Positions 19,436 through 29,930 are shown, counted from the stretch's first letter. The stretch is 64,000 nt of DNA from an uncultured Hyphomicrobiales bacterium (GCA_964544155.1 CAZJAH010000001.1:23304-87303), one strand, 5' to 3'. The notes: generated by a model not told the origin, from the letters alone. Numbers and translations: made by a program.

Positions 19436-20632
19436 TTAAATATTGTGAAGCAAATGCCCCATTTTATTCTTTTTTGTTTGCAGATAGCACCTGTTTATAT
19501 CATTCGGTTCAATTTCCAGTGGTACGAGCTCAGTAACTTCTATGCCATAGCTTTGAAGGCCTACACGTTTTTTGGGGTTATTCGTAATAAGCTTCATTTT
19601 ATTAACACCGATTGACATCAATATCTGCGCTCCGATGCCGTAATCCCTGGGATCGGCCTTAAAGCCGAGCATTTCGTTAGCTTCAACAGTATCATAGCCT
19701 TCATCCTGCAGGGCGTACGCCTTAACTTTATTAACAAGCCCTATATCGCGGCCTTCCTGGCGCATATACAGCAGTACTCCGCGGCCTTCGGCTTCAATCA
19801 TGTGCATTGCGGCGTGAAGCTGCGAACCGCAGTCGCACCTGAGCGAACCGAAAACATCACCGGTAAGGCATTCGGAGTGAACCCTGACCAGTACGGTTTC
19901 ATCTTCTTCCCAATCGCCCTTGACCATAGCTACATGCTCTTTGCCGTCAATTGTGTTCTTGAATACTTTGAATTTAAAATTACCGTACTTTGTCGGCGTA
20001 TTAGCTTCAGCCAGCTGCTCAACCTGAATCTCGTGTTTAAGCCTGTATGCAATAAGGTCTTTAACAGTGATTATCTTAAGCCCGTATTCTTTCGAAAATT
20101 GCTTAAGCTCTTTAAGCCTGGCCATGCTGCCGTCCTCATTGATTATCTCGCAAAGCACGCCCGTAGGCTTAAGCCCTGCCAGCCTCATTAGGTCAACTGT
20201 TGCTTCGGTGTGGCCGGCCCTTCTGAGTACGCCTTCTTTAACGGCTATTAGCGGGAAAATATGCCCCGGCCTGAGAAGGTCTCCAGGCTTTGTGTTCTTA
20301 CTGGCCATAGCCCTGATCGTTGCCGCCCTGTCAAATGCTGATATGCCCGTACTTGTGCCGTGAGCGTAATCAACAGATACCGTGAATTTAGTATCGTGAA
20401 GAGCTGAATTATCTCTTACCATTACACCGAGGTCAAGTTCTCTTGCTCTATCCGGTGTAATTGAAACGCAGATCAGCCCTTTTGCTTTTGATGACATGAA
20501 ATTTACCGTTTCATGTGTGCATAATTCCGCGGAAGCAATCAGATCACCTTCGTTTTCTCTTTCCTCATCATCCATTACAATTATCATTTTACCGGAGACA
20601 AGGTCTTTCAAAGCTTCTTCTATTGTGTTCAT
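19436..20632 (-). CDS. ribBA: Bifunctional 3,4-dihydroxy-2-butanone-4-phosphate synthase / GTP cyclohydrolase II
   Basis: N-terminal DHBP synthase motifs ([13 protein letters not shown]). C-terminal GTP cyclohydrolase II with the zinc-binding CxC...C motif ([17 protein letters not shown]). Length 398 aa. Confidence 0.9.
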   Translation of the reverse strand: MNTIEEALKDLVSGKMIIVMDDEERENEGDLIASAELCTHETVNFMSSKAKGLICVSITPDRARELDLGVMVRDNSALHDTKFTVSVDYAHGTSTGISAFDRAATIRAMASKNTKPGDLLRPGHIFPLIAVKEGVLRRAGHTEATVDLMRLAGLKPTGVLCEIINEDGSMARLKELKQFSKEYGLKIITVKDLIAYRLKHEIQVEQLAEANTPTKYGNFKFKVFKNTIDGKEHVAMVKGDWEEDETVLVRVHSECLTGDVFGSLRCDCGSQLHAAMHMIEAEGRGVLLYMRQEGRDIGLVNKVKAYALQDEGYDTVEANEMLGFKADPRDYGIGAQILMSIGVNKMKLITNNPKKRVGLQSYGIEVTELVPLEIEPNDINRCYLQTKKNKMGHLLHNI

Positions 20633-20677
20633 TTTTCAGCCTGTTTCTATTTAAAAAGCCGGGTATTTATTTGCATA

Positions 20678-20721
20678 AAAATACAAAAATAAATCCTTCA
20701 TCAGGGTGTGTTTGATGAAAG
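20678..20721 (-). terminator. Rho-independent terminator downstream of yajC
   Basis: On the - strand, CTTTCATCA-aacacaccc-TGATGAAGG is followed by ATTTATTTTTGTATTTTT. I searched this 147-nt leader for an FMN riboswitch core upstream of ribBA and found none. Confidence 0.55.
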
Positions 20722-20779
20722 ATTTAACAAAATTCAATAGGAATTTAATTCTGTATTAATTAAACTGCCGGCTGCAAAA

Positions 20780-21100
20780 TTAGTCGGTCGTTATCTTATT
20801 GGCAATCGCCGCTTTTTCAAATTTAACCTGAACATTATCGGCTATTTGAACTGTGAGTGTTTTGTCACCGACATTAGTAACCAATCCGTGCATTCCGGCA
20901 TTGGTAATAATTTTATCGCCTTTTTTGATAGATTGTATCATATTCTGGTGCTCTTTCTGCCTTTTCTGCTGGGGCCTTATAAGCATAAAATACATAATAG
21001 CTATAACCAATCCGAACATAATAAGTGTCGGCATCATACTTCCTCCTCCGCCATCAGCGGGAGGCGCCATTGCAAGGAATCCATACATAAAGTCTGTCAT
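20780..21100 (-). CDS. yajC: Preprotein translocase subunit YajC
   Basis: Single transmembrane helix followed by the conserved motif IRPQQKRQKEHQNMIQSIKKGDKIITNAGMHG. Length 106 aa. Confidence 0.8.
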   Translation of the reverse strand: MTDFMYGFLAMAPPADGGGGSMMPTLIMFGLVIAIMYFMLIRPQQKRQKEHQNMIQSIKKGDKIITNAGMHGLVTNVGDKTLTVQIADNVQVKFEKAAIANKITTD

Positions 21101-21128
21101 TGTTTTTCTCTTTTATTTAATAATATTG

Positions 21129-22259
21129 TCAGGTTAAATACAAATTTATGAAATTTTTTTTCCACTGACGAAAACTTCCGTCAAGTATTTTTTCGCGGGC
21201 TGTACGCGCCAGCCATAGGTAAAACGATATATTATGCTCGGAAGCAAGCATCAGGCCAAGTATTTCATTGCTCATTATCAGGTGCCTCAGATAGCCCAGG
21301 CTGAAATTCTTACTGGCATAACTATTAATCTCGCTGTCGATTGGCTCATCCGATAGTTTATATGCAGCGTTCTTTATGTTGATCTTACCTCTTGTTGTAA
21401 ATAGCTGGCCGTTGCGGGCATTACGCGTAGGCAGCACACAATCGAACATATCTATCCCCCGGTCTATACACTCTAATATATTGACGGGTGTTCCCACTCC
21501 CATCAAATAGCGCGGCTTATTTTCGGGTAATTCTTCCGTGGAAGCCTGTGTCAAATCATACATCAATTCCTCGGGCTCACCTACTGACAGGCCGCCAATG
21601 GCGTTGCCGTCGAAATCCATCTCGACCATTCTTTCCAGATACTCACGGCGGAGGTTTTCATACATTCCGCCCTGGCCTATCCCGAAAAGGAACTGCCTGT
21701 GCCCGTAAAGAGTTTCGGTTAATTCGAGCCTTGACTTAGCGCGGGCTGCCCATCTCAGGGATAGCTCCATGGAATTCCTCACATAGTCGTATTCTGCCGG
21801 ATAGGGAACGCACTCATCTAAAACCATCATTATATCAGAACCCATATTGCGCTGAATATCAACGACAGCTTCAGGTGAAAAAAAGTGCATGGAACCGTCA
21901 ATATGGGATTTAAATTCTGCGCCCTCTTCGCTGATCTTACGAAGCTCCTGCAGTGAAAATATCTGGTATCCGCCGCTATCTGTAAGAATAGCCCTGGGCC
22001 AGTTCATGAATTTATGAAGGCCGCCGAAATGGCTCATCACATCCATTCCAGGGCGCAGATACAAATGGTATGTATTTCCAAGAATAATTCCGGCATTGCG
22101 TTCCAGAAGAGTTTTATGTGATATTGCCTTTACAGTACCCACGGTACCGACGGGCATAAATACCGGAGTTTTGATAATTCCATGATCGGTGTGCAGTTCC
22201 CCGGCCCTGGCCTCGCCTCCATCGCTTGTATGTATAAGTTTAAAGAATTCCTGTGACAT
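21129..22259 (-). CDS. tgt: Queuine tRNA-ribosyltransferase (tRNA-guanine transglycosylase)
   Basis: Motifs PVFMPVGT, TDSGGYQ, the zinc site CxCxxC...H (DCVLPTRNARNG), and LMGVGTP. Length 376 aa. Confidence 0.9.
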   Translation of the reverse strand: MSQEFFKLIHTSDGGEARAGELHTDHGIIKTPVFMPVGTVGTVKAISHKTLLERNAGIILGNTYHLYLRPGMDVMSHFGGLHKFMNWPRAILTDSGGYQIFSLQELRKISEEGAEFKSHIDGSMHFFSPEAVVDIQRNMGSDIMMVLDECVPYPAEYDYVRNSMELSLRWAARAKSRLELTETLYGHRQFLFGIGQGGMYENLRREYLERMVEMDFDGNAIGGLSVGEPEELMYDLTQASTEELPENKPRYLMGVGTPVNILECIDRGIDMFDCVLPTRNARNGQLFTTRGKINIKNAAYKLSDEPIDSEINSYASKNFSLGYLRHLIMSNEILGLMLASEHNISFYLWLARTAREKILDGSFRQWKKNFINLYLT

Positions 22260-22400
22260 TTTGCCGATAAATTAAAAATTCAAAAATAAGAATATTTATA
22301 GAAAATGAAGGATTGTCAGATAAATAAAAAGCTCTCTTCGGCACAATCGGCAATAACGCGATGATAATCTTCTCAAAAATTCCACATCCGCCATTCACAA

Positions 22401-23621
22401 TTAATAAAATGTCACTTTAAGCATGGAAAAATCATCTTTGAGCTTCGATGATTTGTTTGCTTTTCTGACTTCAGAATAATAACCCTTTAATTCAGATCCA
22501 TCATTGCTGTGATTTTTTTCTAAATAATCCAGTACATCTTCGTGAGTCCAGCGCTTGTCATCTTCAATATCGAAAACGCCGTCAGAATAAAGGTAGATGG
22601 AAGAATTTAAAGGCAGCATAGTATGTTCGGACCTGAAATCATAATGTTTTACGCTTCCAATGACGATATTTTTGCTGAATATTCTCAGGTTAGTACCGTT
22701 TTCGCTGTAAATAAGCATTGGAGGATGCCCTGCTCCGGCGTATGTGAGCTTTCTGGTATTAACATTAAATACCATATACCATATAGTGAAATAATGATGA
22801 TTGTGATCAGTCATCTGGAAAGCGTCATTTAGAGCGTCGAGCACTTCTTCGGGCTTTCTGAAGTCGGTTTGCGGCAGAGTCTGAAACCTCAGCATATTAA
22901 ACGCCGAAACAGACTGCAGAGCCGATCCTATGCCATGTCCGGAAATATCCAGAAGATAAACCGCGATGTGGTCACTGTCGATATAATTATATCCAAGCGC
23001 GTCGCCTCCTATTTTGCTGGAAGCTATGAAAAGATTGCTGGCTTTCATTCTGGTATCTTCATAAGGCTCAGGTATTAATGAATTTATGTAATTCCTTGCA
23101 ATAGAAAGCTCAGAATTGAGCCTGTTGAGATACTCGGCTTTAAGCCGGTTTGATTCAATAAGCTTTTTATTGGTTTTTTTCAGGTCAGTTGCTGTTTTAA
23201 CAAGCTGGTCACGGTGCTGCTTTAATTCCAGATGGTTCTTTACCCTTACTATAAGTTCTTCTTTGTTGAATGGCTTGGTAAGGTAATCAATCCCACCGCA
23301 TCGGAAACCCTGTATAAGGTCTTCCTTTTCGCTTCTCGCAGTAAGGAATATCACGGGTATATCCTGTGTATCAGGATTTTCTTTAATTTTTTTGCAGACT
23401 TCAAAGCCGTCCATTCCCGGCATCATAATGTCCAGCATGATCAGATCAGGCTTTACCTGATCGAGTATTGACAAGGCTGATTTACCGTTCAGGGCCACGG
23501 ATACGTCGAATTCCTGCTTATTCAGAAGTATGCCGAGCACCTGAAGGTTTTCGGCTACATCATCCACAATTAATATGAGTGGCTTTTTCTTTTTGTTAAT
23601 GTCTTCTATCAGTGTTGTCAT
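22401..23621 (-). CDS. Response-regulator receiver domain fused to PP2C-type (SpoIIE/RsbU-like) Ser/Thr phosphatase
   Basis: N-terminal REC domain (LIVDDVAENL...DLIMLDIMMPGMDG...TKPF). Coiled-coil linker. C-terminal PPM/SpoIIE domain with metal-binding Asp motifs (GGDALGY...LLDISGHG...YSDGVFD). Confidence 0.8.
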   Translation of the reverse strand: MTTLIEDINKKKKPLILIVDDVAENLQVLGILLNKQEFDVSVALNGKSALSILDQVKPDLIMLDIMMPGMDGFEVCKKIKENPDTQDIPVIFLTARSEKEDLIQGFRCGGIDYLTKPFNKEELIVRVKNHLELKQHRDQLVKTATDLKKTNKKLIESNRLKAEYLNRLNSELSIARNYINSLIPEPYEDTRMKASNLFIASSKIGGDALGYNYIDSDHIAVYLLDISGHGIGSALQSVSAFNMLRFQTLPQTDFRKPEEVLDALNDAFQMTDHNHHYFTIWYMVFNVNTRKLTYAGAGHPPMLIYSENGTNLRIFSKNIVIGSVKHYDFRSEHTMLPLNSSIYLYSDGVFDIEDDKRWTHEDVLDYLEKNHSNDGSELKGYYSEVRKANKSSKLKDDFSMLKVTFY

Positions 23622-23649
23622 ACTTTATAATATATAAAAAAAATCATGA

Positions 23650-24027
23650 CTATAGGATTTTATTAATATATTTTTTTATTATTGGATATAAAACTATTGA
23701 AAAAGTACTACCGAGAGTATCCGCCAGCCAGTCAAAAAAATCGGCATCCCTTCCCGGTACAAAGGACTGATGCCATTCATCAATTAAACCGAATAGAATT
23801 CCAAACAGTATTACTGCTGTCAGTATTTTCATTTTTTTTATTCCCGGGAAATTTGTCAGAATAAAAACCTGGAAAAGCGTTCCGAGAATAAAAAATCCGC
23901 TAAAGTGCATGACTTTATCCATCATTGGGAAAAAATCCGTTCGAACCGGCCCCTGGGGCTGGCTCGAAAGCCAGCTTACAGCTATAACAGCCATAAAAAA
24001 TGGGAGTGAAAGCAAAAATTTCTTCAA
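23650..24027 (-). CDS. VanZ-like family membrane protein
   Basis: 125 aa with four transmembrane helices and the VanZ-like conserved DEWHQSFVPGRDADFFDW motif. Confidence 0.55.
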   Translation of the reverse strand: MKKFLLSLPFFMAVIAVSWLSSQPQGPVRTDFFPMMDKVMHFSGFFILGTLFQVFILTNFPGIKKMKILTAVILFGILFGLIDEWHQSFVPGRDADFFDWLADTLGSTFSIVLYPIIKKYINKIL

Positions 24028-25544
24028 GGAAGCAGCTCTCTGATAAATTCCTGCAAATCAGTTGCTTTAAGCGATGTTTCGCCGTATTTTTTCGCTGCCA
24101 TGTCGCCCGCCAGGCCATGTATATATGATGAAAGGGCAGCGATTTCAACCGGCAGCAGATGCTCCTGCGAAGCTGCTATGCCTGCCATCAATCCTGTAAG
24201 TATATCGCCGCTGCCGGCAGTTGCCATTCCCGGATTACCTGAAATAGTCCAATAGGTCTGATCGGCGTCAGTGATAACAGTGGGTATATATTTAAGCAGG
24301 ATTGTACAGGCTAGCTTATCAGCCCATTCCACAGCAAGTTCGTGATGAGCTGCTTCAACTTCCTGCCTGTCTATGCCTGTTAATCCGGCAAATTCACCAG
24401 TATGAGGAGTTATTATAACGTTGTCGCTTAATTTCTTATTTGAATCGACGGCCTTGACAGCGTCAGCGTCAATGATAATTCTTTTTTCAACCGGTATATT
24501 ATATATAAGCTTTCTTACCAGTTCGACGGCATCAGGGTCAGAGCTCAGCCCCGGGCCTAGGGCAAGCACATTCGATTTCTCAACTTTTTCCATTATCATA
24601 TCGTAAGAATCCGGTGTAATGGCTCCATTATCATTCATTGATGTTTTGGCAGGGATAACTTCAGGCCATACGGAGCTATGAACGTTCGGAGTGAATAGAT
24701 ATACCAGTCCGGCGCCGCCAAGCAGAGCTGTATTGGATACCATAGCCGCCGCTCCCGGCATATTCAGCGAACCCGAAACAACCACTACCCTGCCGTAATC
24801 GAACTTATTGGTTATCCTTTTTCTGGGCAGAATGAAGCCGTCGATATCATCAGGGCTTAGAATTTTAACAGAAGCCAGGTTTTCTGCGATATGCATGGGC
24901 GCACCCAGATATGCGGTAAATATCTCGCCGCAATTGTTTAATCCTCTACCACGGAGCATTCCGGTTTTAGGCGCGAACATGGTTATGGTGCAATGGGCTC
25001 GAAAGCAGTTAAGATCGGCAGCTCCTGTTTCTGAATTAAGGCCTGTGGGAGTATCTAGGGCTATCCTCAGGGATTGGGTTGAATTTGCTTTTTGCATAAT
25101 CGGCACAGCAAGGCCACGTAGGTTATCAGAACCTCCTACCCCGAGAATTGAGTCTATTATTATATCTTCGTTAAATTGGATATAATCAAGTTCTTTTTCT
25201 TCTTTAATATGAATAATTTCCATGCCGAGCATTTTTAGGCGTTCATAATTGGCGCGGGTTTCTTCGCTCATTTTTTCCACGCTTCCGTTCCATATAACCC
25301 TGACATTAAAAAAATCATTCAGGTGGCGGGCAACAGCGAAACCGTCTCCCCCGTTATTGCCGCTGCCGCATAAGATAAGAACTGACGAAGCAGCCGGGTC
25401 ATATTCCGGCAGTATGTCATCTATAAGAATATCACAGAATGAATGTGCTGCGTTTTCCATTAAAATTGCCGAACTGATCTTGTATTCGTTCATAGCCGCC
25501 GCATCGGCAGCTCTCATTTCTTCAGGTGTTAGAATATGCTGCAT
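24024..25544 (-). CDS. nnr: Bifunctional NAD(P)H-hydrate repair enzyme (epimerase + ADP-dependent dehydratase)
   Basis: N-terminal YjeF-N epimerase (LILCGSGNNGGDGFAVARHL). C-terminal carbohydrate-kinase-like dehydratase (GPGLSSD..., GSGDILTGLMAG). Length 506 aa. Confidence 0.85.
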   Translation of the reverse strand: MQHILTPEEMRAADAAAMNEYKISSAILMENAAHSFCDILIDDILPEYDPAASSVLILCGSGNNGGDGFAVARHLNDFFNVRVIWNGSVEKMSEETRANYERLKMLGMEIIHIKEEKELDYIQFNEDIIIDSILGVGGSDNLRGLAVPIMQKANSTQSLRIALDTPTGLNSETGAADLNCFRAHCTITMFAPKTGMLRGRGLNNCGEIFTAYLGAPMHIAENLASVKILSPDDIDGFILPRKRITNKFDYGRVVVVSGSLNMPGAAAMVSNTALLGGAGLVYLFTPNVHSSVWPEVIPAKTSMNDNGAITPDSYDMIMEKVEKSNVLALGPGLSSDPDAVELVRKLIYNIPVEKRIIIDADAVKAVDSNKKLSDNVIITPHTGEFAGLTGIDRQEVEAAHHELAVEWADKLACTILLKYIPTVITDADQTYWTISGNPGMATAGSGDILTGLMAGIAASQEHLLPVEIAALSSYIHGLAGDMAAKKYGETSLKATDLQEFIRELLP

Positions 25545-25690
25545 AGTTTTCCAGTTTTAGTAATTCTCAAAAATACAATATGCCAAAATGAACTTCCTTT
25601 CACAAATATTTTGATTATTTAATTAAAAATACAATAAAAAGCGAAAATCAAGGGAACTTATTTAGGTAAAAATCCGTATTATTCTAATCA

Positions 25691-27802
25691 ATGGAAGACC
25701 AGGGAAAAAAAATATTCAGCAGGCTAAGCAGGTTCATTCCTGTAACAAACGTTGCCCTAATAGTAATGTTTCTTATAACCCTTGCTATAAGGACAGCAGG
25801 TGACATAGCCCTTTACTTTTCAGGAAACCTTGGCTCGCCGGGCGGCCTTATATGGCAGAGCCTCACCGGTTTTGTACTGATAGCTGTGATCTTCGGTTAC
25901 AGCCAGCTCGCCTATAGAAAGCAAAAATCGGCCGAATATAAGAATTATCTTTCAGGTTTTGTGAAAATCCTGGTTGCCATACTTGCTTTTACTCTGCTTT
26001 TGGAATTTATTCCTGACCCAATTAATAATGAAGGCATACCATCGGATTTTTTTATGCTTATAATTGCAGAAATTATTCCACTCACCGGAATAGTGATATG
26101 CTTTCTTATCGGTTCATATCTTTTTAAATGGCTTAACATACACAGACATAAAAAAACAAGGACTTACATAGAGATATCAGGGTTCATTCTTTTATACGCT
26201 TTTACTTATGAATATCTCAGCTCGTTTTTTACCTTTCTCGAACATGATATAATTCTGTTTATTCACGGGGTCATTTTGGTAACAGGCATAATCACCGTTT
26301 TTCTGAATGCCAGAAGAAATTCCTGGATAGCGGTACTGCCAAGGCCAAACAAGCTTAAACTAATGTCTCTCAGTGCGGTAAATGTTGTCATTTCAACCGT
26401 TTTAGCCGTAACGGTAGGCAGCCAGGGGTGGCTAAATGAAACCTACTATTTGCTGCTGCCCGGAATTGACGCGGTTGTATTCCTGACCTTCTCATATTTC
26501 TCGGCTTATTCACTTAGAATATTCCTTGCTTCGATGGCCTCGCTGCCAACATCAGAAATTGTAGAAAGAAGGACTTCCGAATTAAGTTCGCTTACTTACC
26601 TGAATAAGGTAGTTGCCGAAACAGTCGATCTGGAAGTGCTGCTCGATACCGTGACTGAGCTTGCCCTTAGATCCAGCGGCGCACATTCCGCCTGGTGCGA
26701 GATATACGAAAATGATTCAATCAAAATAAGGTCATCGCGAAATATTGATGATAACCTGCTCTACTCACTTCATCAGGATTACAGGCTCAAAAATTACTTT
26801 AAAATGAACGCTAATCCTTTACTTATTGATTCGATAATAGAGAACAGGGATATATTCTTCATCAAGCAGTTTATGCCTCAATCGAATACTCTTATAGCGG
26901 TACCTTTGTATGAAGGAGCTTTAAGGGTTGGAACTTTGGTTGTGATAAATCACGAAGAATACAGTTTTGAGCAGGATGACCTGAAAGTACTCAGCGCTTT
27001 CAGCGATAATGTATCCATCGCTCTTGAGAATGCCAGACTGCTGAAGGATTCCATAGAGAAAGAAAAGTATCGCAGTGAGCTTAGCCTTGCAAGAAGAATA
27101 CAAAAGAACCTCCTCCCCGACAAACTGCCCCAGTTTGATAACTATTCAGTCGATGCCATTTCCATACCGGCGGATGAGATAGGAGGTGATTATTATGATA
27201 TAGTTACTCTGGCTGATGGCAGGCAATGCCTTCTGATAGCGGATGTTTCCGGCAAAGGCATCTCTGCCGCGATTATCATGGCGCAGCTCAAAGGAGTGGT
27301 AATGTCAATAGCTTCATCATCGAAAGGGGCGGCTGAGCTGCTCAGGAAGATAAACAGAACTCTGTACGGCACAATGGATAAGCAAATGTATATAACGATG
27401 AGCGCCCTTGTTTTCGAAAATGAACCCGGCAGGCTGACATTTGCGCGCGCAGGGCATATGCCGATCATTTACAACAGAAATTCAGAAGCCGTAAGCAATA
27501 CACCAAAAGGCATAGGCATAGGGCTCACAGGGCCTGAACTTTTTGATAAGAACCTCGAAGAAATCGAGATTCCTCTGGATGAGGGTTCATCCTGCTTATT
27601 ATTTACTGACGGAATCAATGAATTAAGAAATGTACATAATGAAGAGTTTGGTTACAGCCCGATTAAAAGTTTTTTAAAAGGAAACAAATATTATGACGCA
27701 GGCGTATTAAACCATAAGATTATTTCTGAACTGCGTGAATTCGCCGATTCCAATACACAGCATGATGATATAACCATTGTTTCGGTGGTCAGAAAAAAAT
27801 AA
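25691..27802 (+). CDS. Membrane sensor with about 10 TM helices fused to GAF and PP2C-type (SpoIIE/RsbU-like) phosphatase
   Basis: First ~290 aa are polytopic membrane. A GAF-like region follows (LIAVPLYEGALRVGTLVVINHEE). C-terminal PPM domain (IGGDYYDIV...LLIADVSGKGISAA...FTDGINE). It heads an operon with the STAS and anti-sigma-kinase genes. Confidence 0.8.
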   Translation: MEDQGKKIFSRLSRFIPVTNVALIVMFLITLAIRTAGDIALYFSGNLGSPGGLIWQSLTGFVLIAVIFGYSQLAYRKQKSAEYKNYLSGFVKILVAILAFTLLLEFIPDPINNEGIPSDFFMLIIAEIIPLTGIVICFLIGSYLFKWLNIHRHKKTRTYIEISGFILLYAFTYEYLSSFFTFLEHDIILFIHGVILVTGIITVFLNARRNSWIAVLPRPNKLKLMSLSAVNVVISTVLAVTVGSQGWLNETYYLLLPGIDAVVFLTFSYFSAYSLRIFLASMASLPTSEIVERRTSELSSLTYLNKVVAETVDLEVLLDTVTELALRSSGAHSAWCEIYENDSIKIRSSRNIDDNLLYSLHQDYRLKNYFKMNANPLLIDSIIENRDIFFIKQFMPQSNTLIAVPLYEGALRVGTLVVINHEEYSFEQDDLKVLSAFSDNVSIALENARLLKDSIEKEKYRSELSLARRIQKNLLPDKLPQFDNYSVDAISIPADEIGGDYYDIVTLADGRQCLLIADVSGKGISAAIIMAQLKGVVMSIASSSKGAAELLRKINRTLYGTMDKQMYITMSALVFENEPGRLTFARAGHMPIIYNRNSEAVSNTPKGIGIGLTGPELFDKNLEEIEIPLDEGSSCLLFTDGINELRNVHNEEFGYSPIKSFLKGNKYYDAGVLNHKIISELREFADSNTQHDDITIVSVVRKK

Positions 27803-27873
27803 TTCTTATGGAATGAATATTGCTAATGAAATTTTGATTTATCAATAATATTCCAAAATAAATGAGGGGATAA

Positions 27874-28236
27874 ATGCCAAAAGATTCTGATTTTAACGTA
27901 AAAATTGAAAAGCTACAGGGTGTAGATATATTTTACCTGAGTGGATCTCTCGATGCTCATACCGCTCCGGTGCTTGAAAATTCTTTAAGTAAAGCCATAA
28001 GCGGAGGAACCAACCGTATTGTAATTAATTTCGAGGATCTGGATTATATCAGCAGCGCGGGCCTTGGGGTGTTCATGGCTTTTATCGAGGATGTGAGAAA
28101 TTTCGGAGGAGATATAAAGCTATCAAACATGAAACCAAAAGTTTTCTCGGTATTCGACCTTTTGGGATTCCCCATGCTGTTCGATATTGTAGATAAGCAA
28201 GAAAAAGCCATTGAGAAATTCAACCAAACTAATTAA
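27874..28236 (+). CDS. STAS-domain anti-sigma-factor antagonist (RsbV/SpoIIAA-like)
   Basis: 120 aa with the conserved phosphorylatable Ser context DLDYISSAGLGVF. A GAGGGG Shine-Dalgarno lies upstream. Confidence 0.8.
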   Translation: MPKDSDFNVKIEKLQGVDIFYLSGSLDAHTAPVLENSLSKAISGGTNRIVINFEDLDYISSAGLGVFMAFIEDVRNFGGDIKLSNMKPKVFSVFDLLGFPMLFDIVDKQEKAIEKFNQTN

Positions 28237-28242
28237 ACAGTA

Positions 28243-28674
28243 ATGTCCGAAGAAAATTCTATAATGTGGACCACAGGAGAATATACAGAACTTGGCAAGA
28301 TCAGGTCGCGAGTGATCTCACGGGCTGTGAATTTCGGATTCAGCGATGATGATGCCCAGAAGATAGCATTAGCTGTTGATGAAGCTTGCTCAAACCTTAT
28401 ACAGCATGCTTATAATTTTGATAAAAAAAGAAAAATCGGCATAGCATTCAGCTGCGAAGGCTATAAATTCATCATTAGGATTTATGACGACGGCATTCCC
28501 TTTGACCCCAAGGAAGTAACCCCTCCGGATATGAAAGAATATTTTAAAGAATTCAGGCGCGGCGGCCTCGGTATTCATATCATCCGTAAAATAATGGACG
28601 AAATTGAATACATACCCGGCAGCGGCAAAAACGGCAGGAATTTGCTTGAATTAAGGAAAAATCTACAATCATAA
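28243..28674 (+). CDS. Anti-sigma regulatory factor / Ser-protein kinase (RsbW/SpoIIAB-like HATPase_c)
   Basis: 143 aa GHKL-ATPase-type with an N-box-like EACSNLIQHA and a G-box RGGLGIHII. It starts 6 bp after the STAS gene. Confidence 0.75.
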   Translation: MSEENSIMWTTGEYTELGKIRSRVISRAVNFGFSDDDAQKIALAVDEACSNLIQHAYNFDKKRKIGIAFSCEGYKFIIRIYDDGIPFDPKEVTPPDMKEYFKEFRRGGLGIHIIRKIMDEIEYIPGSGKNGRNLLELRKNLQS

Positions 28675-28733
28675 GCCTGCTTGTTAGTCTAAGCTCAATA
28701 ATTTATTCGTATAATATTAATCACAGATAGATC

Positions 28734-29750
28734 ATGAAAGGCATAGTAATATTTTCAAGCCTGGCTATCGGGCTGATATTAGGATTTTGGCCTGCCATAA
28801 GCAAGCCTAAACCACTATTGTGGAAACTCATTGTTATTTTGTTGATAACAACAGGCGCGCTCATAACCCTTCTGCCCCCTCTCGGAGCAGGCCCCTCATA
28901 TGCCATGGCACTAAGAGAACAGGGCTTCAGAAATGAAATGCCGGTGATTGGCACACTTGAAAGTAAAGGTAATGATTCATATACAATCAGCCAGCTCGGT
29001 AAATCCGCGGTCACACTGGAAATAAACGGCATCATTGATGGAAACCCTGAAAAGGGAGATGTATTAATTGCGAACCTGTTGCCGGGTGATGAAGGTTTCA
29101 GCCATAATGAAGTGGTTTCGGTAAATCCTTTTCTACATTTTTCCTATATACCCAGCCTGGACGAAAGGATAAAGATAATGAACTTCCATGTTCCCATGGC
29201 ATGGGTTTCTGTACTGGCATATATGGTAGCTATGGTATTTTCGCTAATGTATCTGCGTAAAAGAGACTTTCGTTATGACCTCTACGCATCGTCATCTGCC
29301 GCTTTGGGGCTTATTTTTACTATACTGGCAACCGTTACAGGTATGCTATGGGCAAAATTCAACTGGGGCAGTTTCTGGAACTGGGATCCCAGGCAGACCT
29401 CGATATTCGTGCTTATGCTGATATATGCCGCGTATTTCGCGCTGAGATCGGCCATAGATAAAGAAGACCTGAAGGCTAAGCTGAGCTCAGTTTATGCCAT
29501 AATAGCCTTTGTGACTGTACCTTTCTTTGTATTCATACTGCCGCGGATAACAGAAGGTCTGCATCCGGGCTCTGCTGATAGCGGAAGTGCCGGCCCGCTC
29601 GTATCATCCAAGCCGGGAATGCTCGATTCCGGGCTCTTATACGGCTTTGGTATGACCATGGCGGGATTCACACTGCTTTACTTTTGGCTTATGAACTTAC
29701 ACATCAGGATGAAAAGCGCTGTTTACGAAATTATGTCTAAAAGGAGCTAA
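28734..29750 (+). CDS. ccmC: Heme exporter protein CcmC (System I cytochrome c maturation) with an N-terminal extension of about 100 aa
   Basis: Tryptophan-rich WWD signature WAKFNWGSFWNWDPRQTS. An HVPMAW segment corresponds to the E. coli CcmC LHVPAAIW. Conserved His residues flank it. There is an extra N-terminal TM pair and a periplasmic insert. Confidence 0.8.
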   Translation: MKGIVIFSSLAIGLILGFWPAISKPKPLLWKLIVILLITTGALITLLPPLGAGPSYAMALREQGFRNEMPVIGTLESKGNDSYTISQLGKSAVTLEINGIIDGNPEKGDVLIANLLPGDEGFSHNEVVSVNPFLHFSYIPSLDERIKIMNFHVPMAWVSVLAYMVAMVFSLMYLRKRDFRYDLYASSSAALGLIFTILATVTGMLWAKFNWGSFWNWDPRQTSIFVLMLIYAAYFALRSAIDKEDLKAKLSSVYAIIAFVTVPFFVFILPRITEGLHPGSADSGSAGPLVSSKPGMLDSGLLYGFGMTMAGFTLLYFWLMNLHIRMKSAVYEIMSKRS

Positions 29751-29759
29751 TCAAATATA

Positions 29760-29930
29760 ATGGAACAGTATTTAACCGATAACTCTATTTACGTTGTGCT
29801 GGGTATAGTCCTGCTCATCTGGGCAGGAATAATTATGTATCTTTTCTCGGTTGACCGCAAAGTCAAAAAATTCGAAAAAGAACTTGAAGAAAACAAAGAA
29901 TTATCCAAGGGCAGGAATCCATTTGAATAA
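29760..29930 (+). CDS. ccmD: CcmD family small membrane protein (56 aa; absent from the ORF track because it is under 60 aa)
   Basis: Translates to MEQYLTDNSIYVVLGIVLLIWAGIIMYLFSVDRKVKKFEKELEENKELSKGRNPFE. It has one TM helix and a basic KK motif, and sits 10 bp after ccmC. AAGGAG lies 14 nt upstream. Confidence 0.6.
   Translation: MEQYLTDNSIYVVLGIVLLIWAGIIMYLFSVDRKVKKFEKELEENKELSKGRNPFE

Noticed and set aside
20633-20779. Possible FMN riboswitch in the 147-nt leader upstream of ribBA
   Set aside because: The reverse-complement leader lacks the conserved RFN core (GGGGCAGGGTGAAATTCCC…). The hairpin present is better explained as the yajC terminator.
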